Notes: generated by a model not told the origin, from the sequence alone. A stretch of 64,000 nucleotides of DNA from Okamejei kenojei (GCA_035221665.1 CM069155.1:29822001-29886000); one strand, 5' to 3'. Counted from the first letter of the stretch, positions 1 to 13,058 are shown. Numbers and translations are program-made.

Positions 1-649
1 TAACACATTTTATGGATATAGTAGACCTAGTCTAGATTGTGCGTAAAGGGGGGGGGGGGAGGAGACTCAGATACTTGGAAGTTATCCAAGGGTCTGAATC
101 TGGTTAACCTCTTGGAACCTGCTGTTGTCTGATACAAAAGTTTGAGACTTAATTGTAATAAATCTAGGCATATTGATAGATATGGATATATAATTAACAT
201 AATTACTGTTATATCTACGTATATACTTAATGTTGGAAACTACTTTTTATTTTGTTTTTCCTCTTTGAAGATACATTTCTAATCTAGCTATTGGAGTATG
301 TTTTATTTTATGTATATAATTTTGAACTTTGTATCGCTCTCTCTTCCAATTAATAATAATTGGTCAAGGGGGCAGAGCGAAACATATAAAAACATCTGTG
401 GAAAACATCAATAAGAATTTTTCTACCACCTGTTGGTGGTTTGTTTTTAATTATGATATCTTTATTTTTGGATATTATAATATCACCTTTTGTTCGTTAA
501 TTATCTTTTCACGACTCTACACTTTCTGGTCTTTTTCAAGGTTTATTCTGAAGGGGAGATGCCAACAAAACTTAACAGCTGGGGATGACCATCCTTTATC
601 TGGAGTTATAAGGTTCTTGGTTGCACCATATGAAGTAAAGGTATTAACA

Positions 650-3600
650 TGATTCATAATGCAAGACGATAAACAAAAGAAAACTGGAGGAATCACATTT
701 TGTAGTTGGAATATAAGGGGCGCTAATGAACCAATTAAAAGGGGTGCGATCTTTGCCTAATTAAAAAGCCTTAAACAGTGACATTATTTTCTTACAAGTG
801 ACGCATCTGAAATATCAAACACAGATAAGATTGAAGGCAAATTGAATTGGGCAAACATACTACTCTTCGTTTACTTCTAAATCTAGAGGCACGGCTATTA
901 TCATTCGTAAAGGTATACCATTTAAATTAAAGAATACCATAGCAGATGAAGAGGGGAGATATGTCATAGTCATGGCAGAAATTTATTCTACTCCACTTAC
1001 TTTGATAAATATTTATGCTCCTAATTTTGACAACCCCCAATTCTTTAGTAAAATTTTGGATATAATTTCAGAACTTAATCATCAAAATCTGATAATAGGG
1101 GGAGATTTGAATTGTGTTTTAGATCCATATTTGGATAAATCAGCAAAACAAAAAAAGGACAAATATAAAATCTAAAACGAGTGAACTCCTAAATACATAC
1201 ATGAAAAATACTAATATAACAGATTCGCTAACCCAGTAGGTAGGGAATGTTAATTTTATTCAACAGTACATAAAACATATTCACGTATTGATTATTTCTT
1301 AGTGGACACAAAACTAATTCCATATACATATAATTCTAAATATCATAATAGTATTATTTCTGATCATTCCCCGTTAACTTTTTCTTTAAAATTAGCAGGA
1401 ATGCCTGATAAAAATTCGTTTTGGAGGTTTAACCCCCAAATTTTAAATAACTCACAAGGTTGCACATATTTAAAAGAGCAGATGAGATTCTTCTTTGTGA
1501 CAAATGATACACCAGATATTTCAACCTCCTTATTATGGGAAACTTTTAAGACATTTATTAGAGGAACTATAATCTCATATCAAGCTTTCCAAAATAAAAA
1601 GAATAATACTGAACAATTGCAGTTAGAACAAGAAATTAGACAATTAGATTTAGAAAATGTCAAAGAACCAACTATAGATAAACATAATAAGATAATAATA
1701 CTAAAATATAAATTAAATAAAATTTTATCGGCCAGAATAATAAGATTATTTCAAATTACAAAACAAGAAAATTTCGAATTTGGTGATAAACCTCATAAAC
1801 TCCTAGCACGCCAACTGAAAAAACGGGAAACAGAAAATACAATTACTAAAATTAAATCAGGCAAAGGGAATTACTAACACTACCTAAAAATATTAATAAA
1901 AGATTTGCTCAAATTTATCAAAACTTATATACATCGAAAACCTCTGCAAATAATACTCAAATTACAAATTTCTTAGATAAGCGTAATCTTCCAAAATTAA
2001 ATATGGTGGAACAAGAGGGATTAGGAGCTCAGATTACACTACAGGAAATAGAAGAAACAATTAGTTCGTTGAAGAATGGCAAAACGCCAGGACCAGATGG
2101 CTTTAGTAATGAATTCTATAAAAGATTCTTCGAGATAATTTCTCCACGGTTGCATGATTTATATATATACGCTTTTAAAGAAAATAAACCAGAAACACGA
2201 ACTGAGTCAACTATTACACTTATACCAAAAAAGGATAAAGATCTAGAAGACCCAGGCTCATATAGAGCTATTGCACTCCTAAATACAGACCAAAAAATAT
2301 TAGCAAAGACCCTAGCGAGAAGATTGAGTAAATATGTTAGTAAACTAATAAATCCGGACCAAACAGGGTTCATACCAAAGAGAGGGTCACACAAAAAGCT
2401 GGAGAAACTCAGCGGGTGCAGCAGCATCTAAGGAGCGGAGGAGATAGGCGACCTTTCGGGTCGAGACCCTTCTTCAGACTGGTCAGGGATCAGGGAAACG
2501 AGAGATATAGACGGTGATGTGGAGAGATAAAGAACAAAGAATGAAAGATATGCAAAAAAGTATCGATGATAAAGGGAACAAGCCATTGTAAGCTGTTATT
2601 GGTGTGAAAATGCGAAGCTAGTGCGACTAGGGTGGGGGAGGAAGATAGAGATAGAGGGAATGCCAGGGCCCGAGGGCTGAGGGAGAGGTGGGAAGGGGAG
2701 GAGACAGCAAGGGTTAACAGAATTGAGAAAATTCAATTTTCAAGCCCAAAGGATGCAGACTCCCCAAGCGGAATATGAGGTGCTGTTCCTCCAACTTGCG
2801 GTGTTGCTCACTCTGGCCGTGGAGGAGGCTCAGGACCGAGCGGTCGATATGGAAAGGGAGGGGGAGTTGAGGTGCTGAGCCACCGGGAGGTTGGGTTGGT
2901 TTTTGCGGACCGAGTGGAGGTGTTCGGCGAAACGATCGCCAAGCCTCCGCTTGGTCTCACCGATATAGATCATCTGGCATCTGGAGCAGCGGATGCAGTA
3001 GATGAGGTTGGAGGAGGTGCAGGTGAACCTCTGTCGGACGTGGAAGGACTGCTTGGGTCCCTGAAAGGAGTGGAGGGGGGAGGTGAAGGGACAAGTGTTG
3101 CATTTCTTGCGGTTGCAAGGGAAAGTGCCCGGGGAAGGGGTAGAGCGGGAGGGGAGGGAAGAATTGACAAGGGAGTTGCGGAGGGAGCGGTCTTTGCGGA
3201 AGGCAGACAGGGGGGGAGATGGGAAGATGTGGCGGGTGGAGGGGTCACGTTGGAGGTGGCGAAACTGGCGGAGGACTATGTGTTGTATTTGCCGGCTGGT
3301 GGGGTGGAAGGTGAGGACCAGGGGGACTCTGCCCTGTTTGCGAGTGGGGGAATGGGGAGAGAGGGCAGTGTTGCGGGGTATGGAGGAGACCCTGGTGCGA
3401 GCCTCATCAATAGTGGGGGAGGGGAATCCCCGTTCTCTGAAGAATGAGGCAATTTGTGATGACCTGGTGTGGAACACCTCATCGTGGGAGCAGATGCGGC
3501 GTAGACGGAGGAATTGGGAATAGGGGATGGAGTCCTTACAGGAAGCAGGGTGGGAGGAAGAGTAGTCCAGGTAGCTGTGGGAGTCAGTTGGTTTGTAGTG

Positions 3601-4978
3601 GATGTCGGTCAGGAGTGTATCACCTGCAATAGAGATGGTGAGGTCAAGGAATGGTAGGGAAATGTCGGAAATGGTCCCAGTGTATACCAAAGAGATACTC
3701 ATTTAACAATTTCAGACGGCTGTCTAATATAATGTACTCACATAATACTGAAGAAGAACTAGCAATTATTTCATTGGATGCAGAAAAATCTTTCGATCAA
3801 GTAGTATGGCAATATTTATTCAAAGTATTGGAAAAATTTAACATGGGAGATAATTTTGTTTCATGGGTAAAATTATTATATGATAAGCCGACGGCTAGAA
3901 TATATTATCCCCGAAATTCCAATTAGCAAGGGGCAATAGGCAGGGGTGTGCGTTATCGCCCCTGCTATTTGCACTAGTGATAGAGCCTTTAGCTGAAAGT
4001 ATAAGAAGCCATCTGAATATTCATGGGTATAATACCAAACATTCAAATAATAAAATCTCATTATATGCAGACGACATATTATTATTTATTACAAATTCGC
4101 AAATTAGCATACCAAATATACTAAATTTAATAGAGGTTCTTTTTCAGGATATAGAATAAATTGGAACAAAAGCGAAATTATGACGATAAAACCTCAAGAA
4201 TCGACACATCTGTTGAAATTCCCTTTTAGAATTACAATAGAAAAATTTAAGTATTTGGGCATCCAAATTACTAGGAACTATAAATCATTACTCAACACAA
4301 ACTATATGCCTTTATTAACTAAATTAAATGGGTTGATTAAATTTTGGAAAACACTGCCGATGTCTTTAATAGGTAGAATAAATGCGATAAAAGTAATCTT
4401 CTTACCACAAATATTGTACCTATTTCAATCAATACCAATATACTTACCTAAAAAATTCTTTAAAAAACTAGATTCTGATAATATAAATTTCATATGGGAT
4501 TATAAATCACACAGAATTAAATAAAAACACTTGTGTAAATCTAAAGAATCAGGGGGACTGACACTCCCTAACTTATTGTATTATTATTGGGCAGTGAATA
4601 TTAAAAATATAATCTACTGGTTGGACAGTTCTGCCCAACAGGTAGATTGGATAAGAATGGAGAAAGAGGATTGTTCCCCTTATAATATAGGAGTGATCCT
4701 TCTTTCCCCTATAAAACTGAACAATATAATATACAAGAAGAATCCAATTATTCATAGTATAAAACGAATTTGGAAACAAATAAAATTAACTTTAAAATTA
4801 AGAAAATTATCGCTTCTTTCTCCAATAGCTAATAATCCCTCATTCAAACCATCCATTATTGATAAAGCGTTTATCCATTGGGAAAGAATAGGAATTAAAA
4901 CGAAGGGAGATATGCATGAAATGGGAAATTTTTTATCATTCCAACAACTACAACTAAAATATAATTTGAAGAGTTATT
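650..4978 (+). mobile_element. L1-clade LINE ORF2 (APE endonuclease + RT), decayed and 3'-truncated, interrupted by a Penelope insertion
   Basis: ORF fragments INIYAPN, IIGGDLN, ISDHSP, WRFN, KTPGPDGF, SYRAIALLNTD, QTGFI, SLDAEKSFDQV, SLYADDILL and FKYLGI lie in L1 ORF2 order, with several frameshifts and stops. Confidence 0.9.
2384..3683 (-). mobile_element. Penelope-like element, 5'-truncated (RT C-terminus + GIY-YIG endonuclease + pLTR)
   Basis: ORF 2830..3702(-) contains LPFLDL, DIHYKPTDSHSYL and IYCIRCSRC..IYIGETKR (GIY-YIG). A 12-bp TSD ATACCAAAGAGA is at 2372-2383 and 3684-3695; removing the insert restores L1 GFIPKRYS. Confidence 0.92.
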
Positions 4979-5557
4979 AACTGCTAGAGAAGGTGCAGAG
5001 AACTCTGTCATGGTTCCTGCAAACTCGTCTTTTGTGTCTCTCAATAATCAGTCCATTCATGCACACTGCCCCTCAAGACACCTAACACCTACTTCTTAAA
5101 CACACAACATATGAATATTCGCAACATTGATCTCACTCTCCTCTTTGTCCTTCACCTTGGTGAAAAGACATACAACGCACTCGTTTAATACCTGGCCTAT
5201 ATCCCTTGACTCAAAGCACAAATTCCTCCCTTTATCCTCGAGTTACCATCTTTCTGGTTACCCTCTTGCATTTAATTTAGGTATAAAAAGCCTTGCGATC
5301 TTCTTTAATCTAGCTCAGCAAACCCGTTTCATGCCCCCTTTTGGCTCTTCTAATCGACCGCTTAAGTTATTTCCAACTCGATTTTATATTTCTGCCTGAT
5401 TTCATCTTCAGATAATGGGTTGGGTAATCAGGATTAAAAAGAAAAGTATTCTTGGCTGGATGCGATTATAGTATCCCAGTATGGGATCCCTGGCAATATT
5501 CCTTAAATTGAGCAGGTTCAGGTAGACGTCAGATTTAGCTAGGTAAGAACGCTCCAT

Positions 5558-7706
5558 TCATTGTTTTACGCTTCGGACGGCCCGTTCAGTGAGTCCATTG
5601 GACTGAGGAAACTCAGGGCTGCTGGTGATCTGTCGAAAGTCCCATCGTTGAGCAAAGTTTTTTGAAAAGCTGGCTGGCGAACTGACTGCCGTTGTCGGAT
5701 AGAAGGCGTGCAGGGGAACCGTGCATGGAGAACTGGCATTGCAACTTCTGGTTAACTGCTTCAGATGTGATGGTTTAGAGTAGATCCATGTCAAAGCAGC
5801 ACGAATATGAGTTGACAAGAACCAGATGGTGTTTCCCATGCCATTCGAATATGTCGGTGGCTACCGTGGACCAGGAGGAACCGGGTGTGGCAGTAAGGGC
5901 TGCATCTGCTGGTGTGGCGTCAGGCTTTTGCAGATGGTGCAGACTTCAGTTTTGTCATGTATGTACTTGCTCATACCAGGCCAGTAAAACATGCTCTGTG
6001 CCCTTTGTAAGGTTGACTCCACACCAGGGTGTCCCCTGTGGATGGCATCGAAGTACTTGTCCCGGAGGATGGCTGGGACACTGTTTCCTGACCCTTCACT
6101 ATAATCCCGTCCTGTAACACCAGTTCATTGCGAACCAGGAAGTATGGGCGGATCGCAAGCGGGCTGCTGTGTTGTTTATCCGGCCAGCCACGCCGGATGA
6201 CTGCGGACAGCAATTGTAAAGTCTCCTGTCAAAGTCAGCAGCCTTGTGTTCTGCCAGGCTGCTTAGGCAATCAGTGGGAACATACGATACCTTCATTACT
6301 GAGAACTGCTCCTGTTCAGAGGGCTGTTGTTCGCTGGTTTTGCATGGGGCCCTTGATAGTGTGTCAGCTATGTGCATATCCATGCCTTTTTTGTAGACAA
6401 TGTTGAAATCAAAATGCTGCAGTTGCATCATCATCCATTGCAGGCGAGCCGGAGCGGCGTGAATGGGTTTATTCAAGATGGTGACCAGCAGCTGGTGGTC
6501 TGTTTCTGTAGTCAGGACCATCTTTGTGTGTCAGTTCCCGCACGGGGGCAGATATATCGCTGAGGTTGGGCATAAATTTCCCCAGGTAGTTGACCATTCC
6601 ATATGACCTTTGTAAACTCATAACGTCAGTAGGAACTGACATTTCGTTGATACCAAACGTTTTTGATGGTCTGGTCTGAGACCATCACTTGTGAAAACAT
6701 GGCCGACAGAGGTAACTTCCGGGACCGGAAACTTGCACTTCAGTGGATTGAGTTTGGGCTGAATGTCTTTGACATGGTCCAGCACTCTCTTCAGATGCTC
6801 AGCCAAGTCACGCCCATAAACGAGAATGTCGTCGACAATGATGGTGCATTGATACCCCGCAAACAGTTGTTCCATGGTGCACTGGAAAACCTCACTGGCA
6901 GAGTTGGTGCCAAAGGGCATTCTTAGGAATTTGTAACGGCCGAAGGGGGTGCCGAACATAGTAAGGTTGGAAGAGTATGGGTCCAGCGGAATCTGCCAAA
7001 ACGAGCTTTTGACATCCAGGAATGGAAAACAAGGATGCGTTGCCTATTTGAGCAGCAACTTCTTCTACCATTCGCATAGGGTAGTGTGGCCGTTTGATTG
7101 CTGTGTTGAGGTCCCCGGGTTGATGCAGATACAGATTTCTTCCTTGTTTTCCTTCGTTGCAACCACCATGGTGGAAACCCAGTTAGATGGGTCAGTAACT
7201 TCAAGCAATGACACCCAGGGAGACTATCCGCATTAGCTCATTGTGTGCTCTGTCGCGCATGGCATGTGGAACATGATGTTGTGCTCGAACCACAGGATTA
7301 ACTTTGGGATCAACGGTGATGTTGTACTTGAGGGGCAGCTCATCGTTAAACAGTTATCTATATTGAGAGAGTATTTGCTGAGTGGGGCCCCAGCGAGAAA
7401 GAGTTGATGGGCAGTGCGGCCAAAGTTGACTATGCCTAGATCGTGGCATGCATTGACCAAGCAGAGTTTCAGAATCCCCCCTTGATGATATAAAACTTCA
7501 GGGTATGAGACTGCGAGTCTATGATGCAGTTCAAATCAGTTTCTCCAAGCGAGTGTAGAACATCACCCCCGTAGGACCGTAGCGTGGCTGAGGCCTTTTC
7601 AACTTGTTCAGCATTACGTTTTTTTTTAACTCCAATAACAAGATGACATTACATTTCACTCCCATGCCAACTGGAGGCGTGGGTTCACATCCCACTTCTG
7701 ACACCA
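5558..7706 (-). mobile_element. Gypsy/Ty3 LTR retrotransposon internal region, decayed (protease remnant, RT, RNase H, integrase; gag absent)
   Basis: GVKCNVI (protease-like remnant), TPFGRYKFLRMPFG, IVDDILVYG, ETDHQLL, HIADTLSR and SSPEFPQSNGLTERAV, in RT-RH-IN order. Confidence 0.88.
7672..7706 (-). promoter_or_regulatory. Primer-binding site for tRNA-Leu(CAA), extended to about 35 nt
   Basis: The + strand reads TGGAGGCGTGGGTTCacATCCCACTTCTGACACCA, matching the 3' end of vertebrate tRNA-Leu(CAA) including CCA (recalled, not searched). It directly abuts the LTR end. Confidence 0.85.
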
Positions 7707-7881
7707 TGTAATGAGTCGAGTCATACACACATCAAGATACAACACATATTTATTAGTCCACTTACAGCATTGGTCTGCAGGACATTACAGTAACTAGCAG
7801 CTACTCAGACTGAATTATGTAAGCAAGTTCTTGGTAATATAAATCGCATAGTAAACGAAGCTACTACTAACAAGCACTACA
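7707..7881 (-). repeat. 5' LTR of the Gypsy element
   Basis: Adjacent to the PBS, bounded by TGTA...TACA, with AATAAA on the minus strand near 7750. The outer boundary is approximate because no second LTR is present. Confidence 0.6.
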
Positions 7882-8169
7882 ATTGGTTAGTAACCAATCT
7901 ACAATAGATACAGGAAAAAAAACATATAATAGTACTTAAGTCTGCATGGACTTCAATTCATAAAATGTCAACCTCTTCCAAACGTTAATGAGACTTACAC
8001 TGTAAGTTACTACCGTAAATAAGTTAGTTAAAGTTCAAGCTGACAAGCATTGATTGATTTCAACATAAACATCCACCATTTCTGAGCATTTCTCACTGCG
8101 ATGGAAGGCAATAAAGTGCAGTCAACCTTCCTCCATTGTTCTCCCATGGTCAAGGCCTTTTTATTTCTG

Positions 8170-8545
8170 TTTTATTTGTCATATGTAGGTTAACACAGGG
8201 TCAACGGTACAATAAAATGTGTTTGACAAGACAACGGGTCACCTCAGCAATAATATAACAAGGTTATATGCAAGATGCAAATGATATTGGTAAGGTAATA
8301 AGACAATAATAAGATAATCAACATATATGACATAAAATGTGTTTATGAGTTCAGAAGCCTGATGGCCTGATGGTAAAAACTGTTCTTAAGTCTGGTGGGA
8401 TGTGCAGCCATGTTCCTGTATCGTCAGCCTGACGGTAACAAGGAGAACCGTCTGCGTGCTGGGTGGCTGTGGTCCTTGATGATACTGTGTGCCTTCCGCA
8501 GGCACCGATGGTGTAAAATGTCCTGAATGTCGAGGAGACAGTTGC
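8170..8545 (-). mobile_element. Rex-Babar LINE 3' fragment
   Basis: RCLRKAHSIIKDHSHPARRRFSLLPSG C-terminal motif plus an AT-rich 3' UTR. Confidence 0.7.
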
Positions 8546-9234
8546 ACTTGATCCCTCCGCGGTTGCCGCTACGGACGACACTATGTACAGCCCCCCGCAG
8601 AGATGATCCAAACTCACACCCCGGCTCCCAGTTCCAGAATCGGCCGTTTCTTACTGGAGACCGTGGCTTCACTACGTTAAGTGCATAGGCCCCGCAGTCG
8701 GAGCACTTTTTCTAAGTAAATGATTGCAGGAAGCACCGAGATTAAATATTAAAGAAGACCTCTTTCACTTCAACGAGCTGGCATTAATTTTAATTTAATT
8801 TGTTATGGATAGACATAGTTTAGGTCATCAACTTCAGCCTCCAGATTTATTTTTTCACATTATAAGAGGTTGAAATTAAATTAATCAATGTCCATACAGA
8901 CTAATTTTCATAAATTCAGTCTTTATATCTTACCTATCTGTTCCAGTTGATTCACAACGTTTCACTGGTCCCACGAATTGATGTGGGCTCCCAGTCTAGC
9001 TAGCCTGAAACAAAGCGCGTGATTGGTCAATTGGCATCCGACTCAATGTAAAACGTGCTTTGATTGAACAATTACGACTTGGAAAATTGGAGGTTTTTCT
9101 CATATTTAAAAATATGTGCATGTTTTGTTCTTTACGAGTTTCAGGTATGATTTATATAATATTTTTACACAATATGTTGGAAATTCATGTAGTTACGTGA
9201 TTTGGGTCACGAACTTAAACGAAAAAGCACCTCG

Positions 9235-9925
9235 GTCCGATGGTATTGAGGAAGCAAAGGATCTTAATAAACAAGTCCACGCCTCCATGAAAGCAGCACA
9301 GCAGGTATAAAGTGGTTAAAATGGCTCATGGCCCTCCTCAGTCTGTGCATACACTATAAGAAAAGAGAGGTTTTGGTCCAACTTTATAAAATATCGATGA
9401 GGCTACATCTAGGCTCTAGGGTATTCTGTGCAGATCAGATCAGCGCACCATACCGTAACAAGAATGGAGAGTTTGTGCATTTGGATATTGCCTGTGATGG
9501 AAAGTGTCAGTTATGACGAAAACGTGGGTATGCCGGTGTAGTTTTCTTTGGAGTAGCTGAGGCTGTGTGCGAAAATGATTGTGATATAAGACATAATGGG
9601 GGCCATATACTGTGTAGATGACAAGACAATTTTCCTCATAGCAGAATTGTCCATGTACAAACTGAACAGCAAGAGTATAAAAGGATTCAGGAAAACATTC
9701 CTCATCCAATGAGCGATTGTCCTCTGGCATGCACTGTGCATGAAGGTGGTGAACGAAGATACTCTCAAAACATTTAGGAAGCTTCTGGCCGAGTGAATGA
9801 ATTGCGAAATCATGGTAGGTTATGGACCGCGTGCTAGTAAATTAGATTAATGTAAATAGGGTATTAATGGTCAGCAAGGACACGATAGGCTGCCACATTT
9901 ATTTCTGAATTATAAAGCTATGACT
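9235..9925 (+). mobile_element. Old CR1 LINE 3' fragment
   Basis: Degenerate EVLVQLYK..RLHL motif and CR1-type 3' UTR remnants. Confidence 0.6.
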
Positions 9926-10777
9926 GCATGACTTCCAACAACAGGTCAGTTCTGGTTACCACTGGAGAATTACTCCCCTGCTATCAGATAAATGGTTACA
10001 AACACCCAAAGACGCCCCTCCAATCATCTACCATTGCTAAATGGCAGCTTACCACCATTTCATCAATATTTCTGGCACTGCACCCTGGTACTTCGAATGG
10101 GTTTGGTGTTGTACCTCCACTCAGCAGTTCACAAAGGTGTTCATTACCATTCTCTTAAGGGCGGTGTGGTGAATGACTCGCAATGCCACTTATCCTGAAA
10201 AAAATAAACCAATGTCAATGAAGTTTTTTAAAATCAGTGTTTTAAAATCACAGCATCAGCTCCTCAGTCTATCTTTCCGGCTTTGCTTTCCTTTGACATG
10301 AAACACGGAAGCATTTCGTCACAACGGGTCAATTTAACGGTTAAGGATCCTGTACCCCGTCACTATTTTTCATCTCTTACGGGTCACCGTCCTTTGTCCC
10401 CTAAACGGGAGTTGCGTGGTGGCATAACCTACGGGGATTGAGAGCTTCTCGCTCAGGCTGTCCCAATCCCAGTTCCCAGTTTCCTGGAAACGTTACTGGA
10501 AATACTCCACACAGATTCAATCATTGACTTCCAGTTGCTCTTGACTTAGATGCGCTGCCCATCTACTCTGCAATAAAACGATAAAGCCGTATTTCAATAC
10601 CTAATCATATTTTGTTCGATTCCTTTAACACTTCACTTCCATTAAGGTGTTCCATTAATTTGATAAAGTTATAACCAATCTTTTGCGATGCATAATATAT
10701 GTCCTATCTAAGCAACTTTTCAACCGAACCTACCGCACCCTAAATGTGCGTCAGCGGGTCAGGCAGTATGTCTGGAG

Positions 10778-11660
10778 GAATTTTTTTAAGATGTAACTCG
10801 GAAAATGGACAAGAGAGAGCCAGTGGGTGTAGTGTACCTGGACTTTCAGAAAGCATTTGATCAGGTCCCACATCGGAGATTAGTGGGCAAAATTAGAGCA
10901 CGTGGTATTGGGGGTAGAGTGCTGACATGGATAGATAAGTTGTTGGAAGACAGGAAACAAAGAGTAGGGATTATCGGGTCCTTTTCAGAATGGCAGGCAG
11001 TAACTAGTGGGGTATCGCAAGGCTCGGTGCTGGGACTGCAGCTATTTACAATATACATCAATGATTTGGATGAAGGGATTCAAAGTAGCATTATCAAATT
11101 TGCAGATGTCACAAAGCTGGGTGGCAGTGTGAACTGTGAGGAGGATGCTATGAGAATGCAGGGTGACTTGGACAGGTTGGGGGAGTGGGCAGATGCATGG
11201 CAGATGAAGTTTAATGCGGATAAATGTGAGGTTATCCACTTTGGTAGCAAAAACAGGAAGGCAGATTACTATCTAAATGGCGGCAAGTTGGGAAAAGGGG
11301 AGGTACAACGGGATCTGGGGGTCCTTGTACATCAGTCTATGAAAGTAAGCATGCAGGTACAACAGGCAGTGAATAAAGCGAATGGCATATTGGCCTTTAT
11401 AAAAAGAGGAATCGAATATAGGAGCAAAGAGGTCCTTCTGCAGTTGTACAGAGCCCTAGTGAGACCACACCTGGAGTATTGTGTGCAGTTTCGGTCCCCT
11501 AATTTGAGGAAGGACATTCTTGCTATTGAGGGAGTGCAGCGTAGGTTTACAAGGTTAATTCCCGGGATGGCGGGGCTGTCTTATGCCCCGCCATCTCGAA
11601 TGGAGCATGGAGCAGCTGGGCTTGTACACTCTGGAGTTTAGGGTGAGAGGGGATCTCATA
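10778..11660 (+). mobile_element. CR1 LINE RT fragment
   Basis: ORF 10805..11641 contains VYLDFQKAFD, SGVSQGSVLG, KFAD, WQMKFNADKC and LVRPHLEYCVQF. Confidence 0.93.
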
Positions 11661-11661
<1 letters not shown>

Positions 11662-11692
<31 letters not shown>

Positions 11693-11708
11693 TCTCCCTC
11701 TCTCTCTC
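11662..11708 (+). repeat. (CT)n microsatellite
   Basis: Direct reading. Confidence 0.95.
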
Positions 11709-11904
11709 ATCTCCTGTTCTTCATACCTTAATAATGTTACAACGTAGAATTACATTAGAGCGAGGGCAAAAATAATAGTCTGCAAAAGTTTCGCGGGACT
11801 ATCAGAGCGCCTCTGCTTTTCTATAATTTATAATCATGCTGAGTGAATTCTCCAATTTGTCCAATCATGCGAGATCAGAAGAGAACTTAGCCATAACAAT
11901 GCCT

Positions 11905-12066
11905 TGTATTAAAGAAGGAACTGCAGATGCTGGAGAATCGACGGTACACAAAAGGCTGGAGAAACTCAGCGGGTGCAGCAGCATCTTGACGTTAGGAAAC
12001 GTCGCCTATCTCCTTCGCTCCTTAGATGCTGCTGCACCCGCTGAGTTTCTCCAGCCTTTTGTGTAC
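11905..12066. mobile_element. Short palindromic Penelope-pLTR-derived insertion
   Basis: Inverted arms of about 43 bp (11944-11986 / 12024-12066) and a 15-bp TSD GCCATAACAATGCCT at 11890-11904 and 12067-12081. The sequence matches the terminus of the Penelope at 2384. Confidence 0.85.
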
Positions 12067-12379
12067 GCCATAACAATGCCTGTTGGCAAGGCACGGGTTA
12101 AATTAGAAGTAAAACACAAAGTTCGAGCTATAACACGAGGATAAGCGCTCAACCAAGAAAATCAAGCCCAAAGTCAATACCAATGCACATTGATAATTGG
12201 CAAGGCACCGGTGTGATACCAGCGCCTTGAAAAGTATTCATGTGTAACCATTTCAACTAAAATATTGTTAACGTCCGTTAAATTGTGCATAATCACACCA
12301 TGGTAATTACAGGAATGTTTACCATGTTCCAACAGAAAAGCATTTCAGAAGTGCCGAAGAGTTTCAAACACAATATGCA

Positions 12380-12580
12380 AGTAAGAGTCAAGAGACAAGC
12401 GTGTTTTATTGTCATATGTCCCGGATAGGGAAATGAAATTCTTACTTACAGCAGAATACTACAGAATATGTATAGTACGTAACGGGAGGAAAAAAAGTTC
12501 ACTGTGTATATATACACATACACACATATATTCAATAAATAAAGAAATATAGTGCAATAATAATAATGGTCTGTTGTAAA
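12380..12580 (-). mobile_element. LINE 3' UTR remnant (Rex-Babar-like)
   Basis: TTTATTGTCATATGTCCC..AATGAAATTCTT is the reverse complement of the tail seen at 27685-27725. It is absent from the cluster-2 promoter flank. Confidence 0.55.
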
Positions 12581-12909
12581 TGGGAAAGCGAACAAATCGC
12601 GCGCACGATGGTGGCACCGTGATATCAGATTCTTCAGCATTTGAGCGGTGCCCCTTCATTTTCCCCGAATGAATAAACAGTTACCGGATATTAGAATGAG
12701 GTTATTCGATGAATAACGTTTGTCCTAATAACAAACGCTATGCACCCACAAAGAAAATAATTCAAAATAAATGACAATGGATAATTTAACGTCTCGTTTC
12801 AAAAAAACAGAATCTCTCAAATACTTGAAAACATATTCAATTGGACAGAAATACATAACTCGAAATAGAATCCTAATCGAGCGAACTATTTGGAATTAAT
12901 TTGCCGCAG

Positions 12910-13058
12910 GAAGAATCTGCCATCTTCTGATTGGTGCAACACGTACTCTAATTTGATTGATGGCTGCATAAATATGGGACGCGCCGTGACGCCTCGCTAC
13001 ACGGGTTACAACCGACCCGGAGAGAAAGTTGGGAACACGCTGCACTCAATTCATCACA
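12910..13058 (+). promoter_or_regulatory. IgL cluster 1 promoter (inverted CCAAT, CRE half-site)
   Basis: CTGATTGG (ATTGG 12930-12934), ATTTGATTG and GTGACGCCTCGC (TGACG 12987-12991) all recur in the same order upstream of the cluster-2 leader. Confidence 0.7.

Noticed and set aside
2872-3523. Long + strand ORFs (191 and 146 aa)
   Set aside because: They are antisense shadows of the Penelope ORF.
7672-7706. tRNA-Leu gene
   Set aside because: Only the 3' ~35 nt are present, with an encoded CCA and abutting an LTR, so it is primer-derived.
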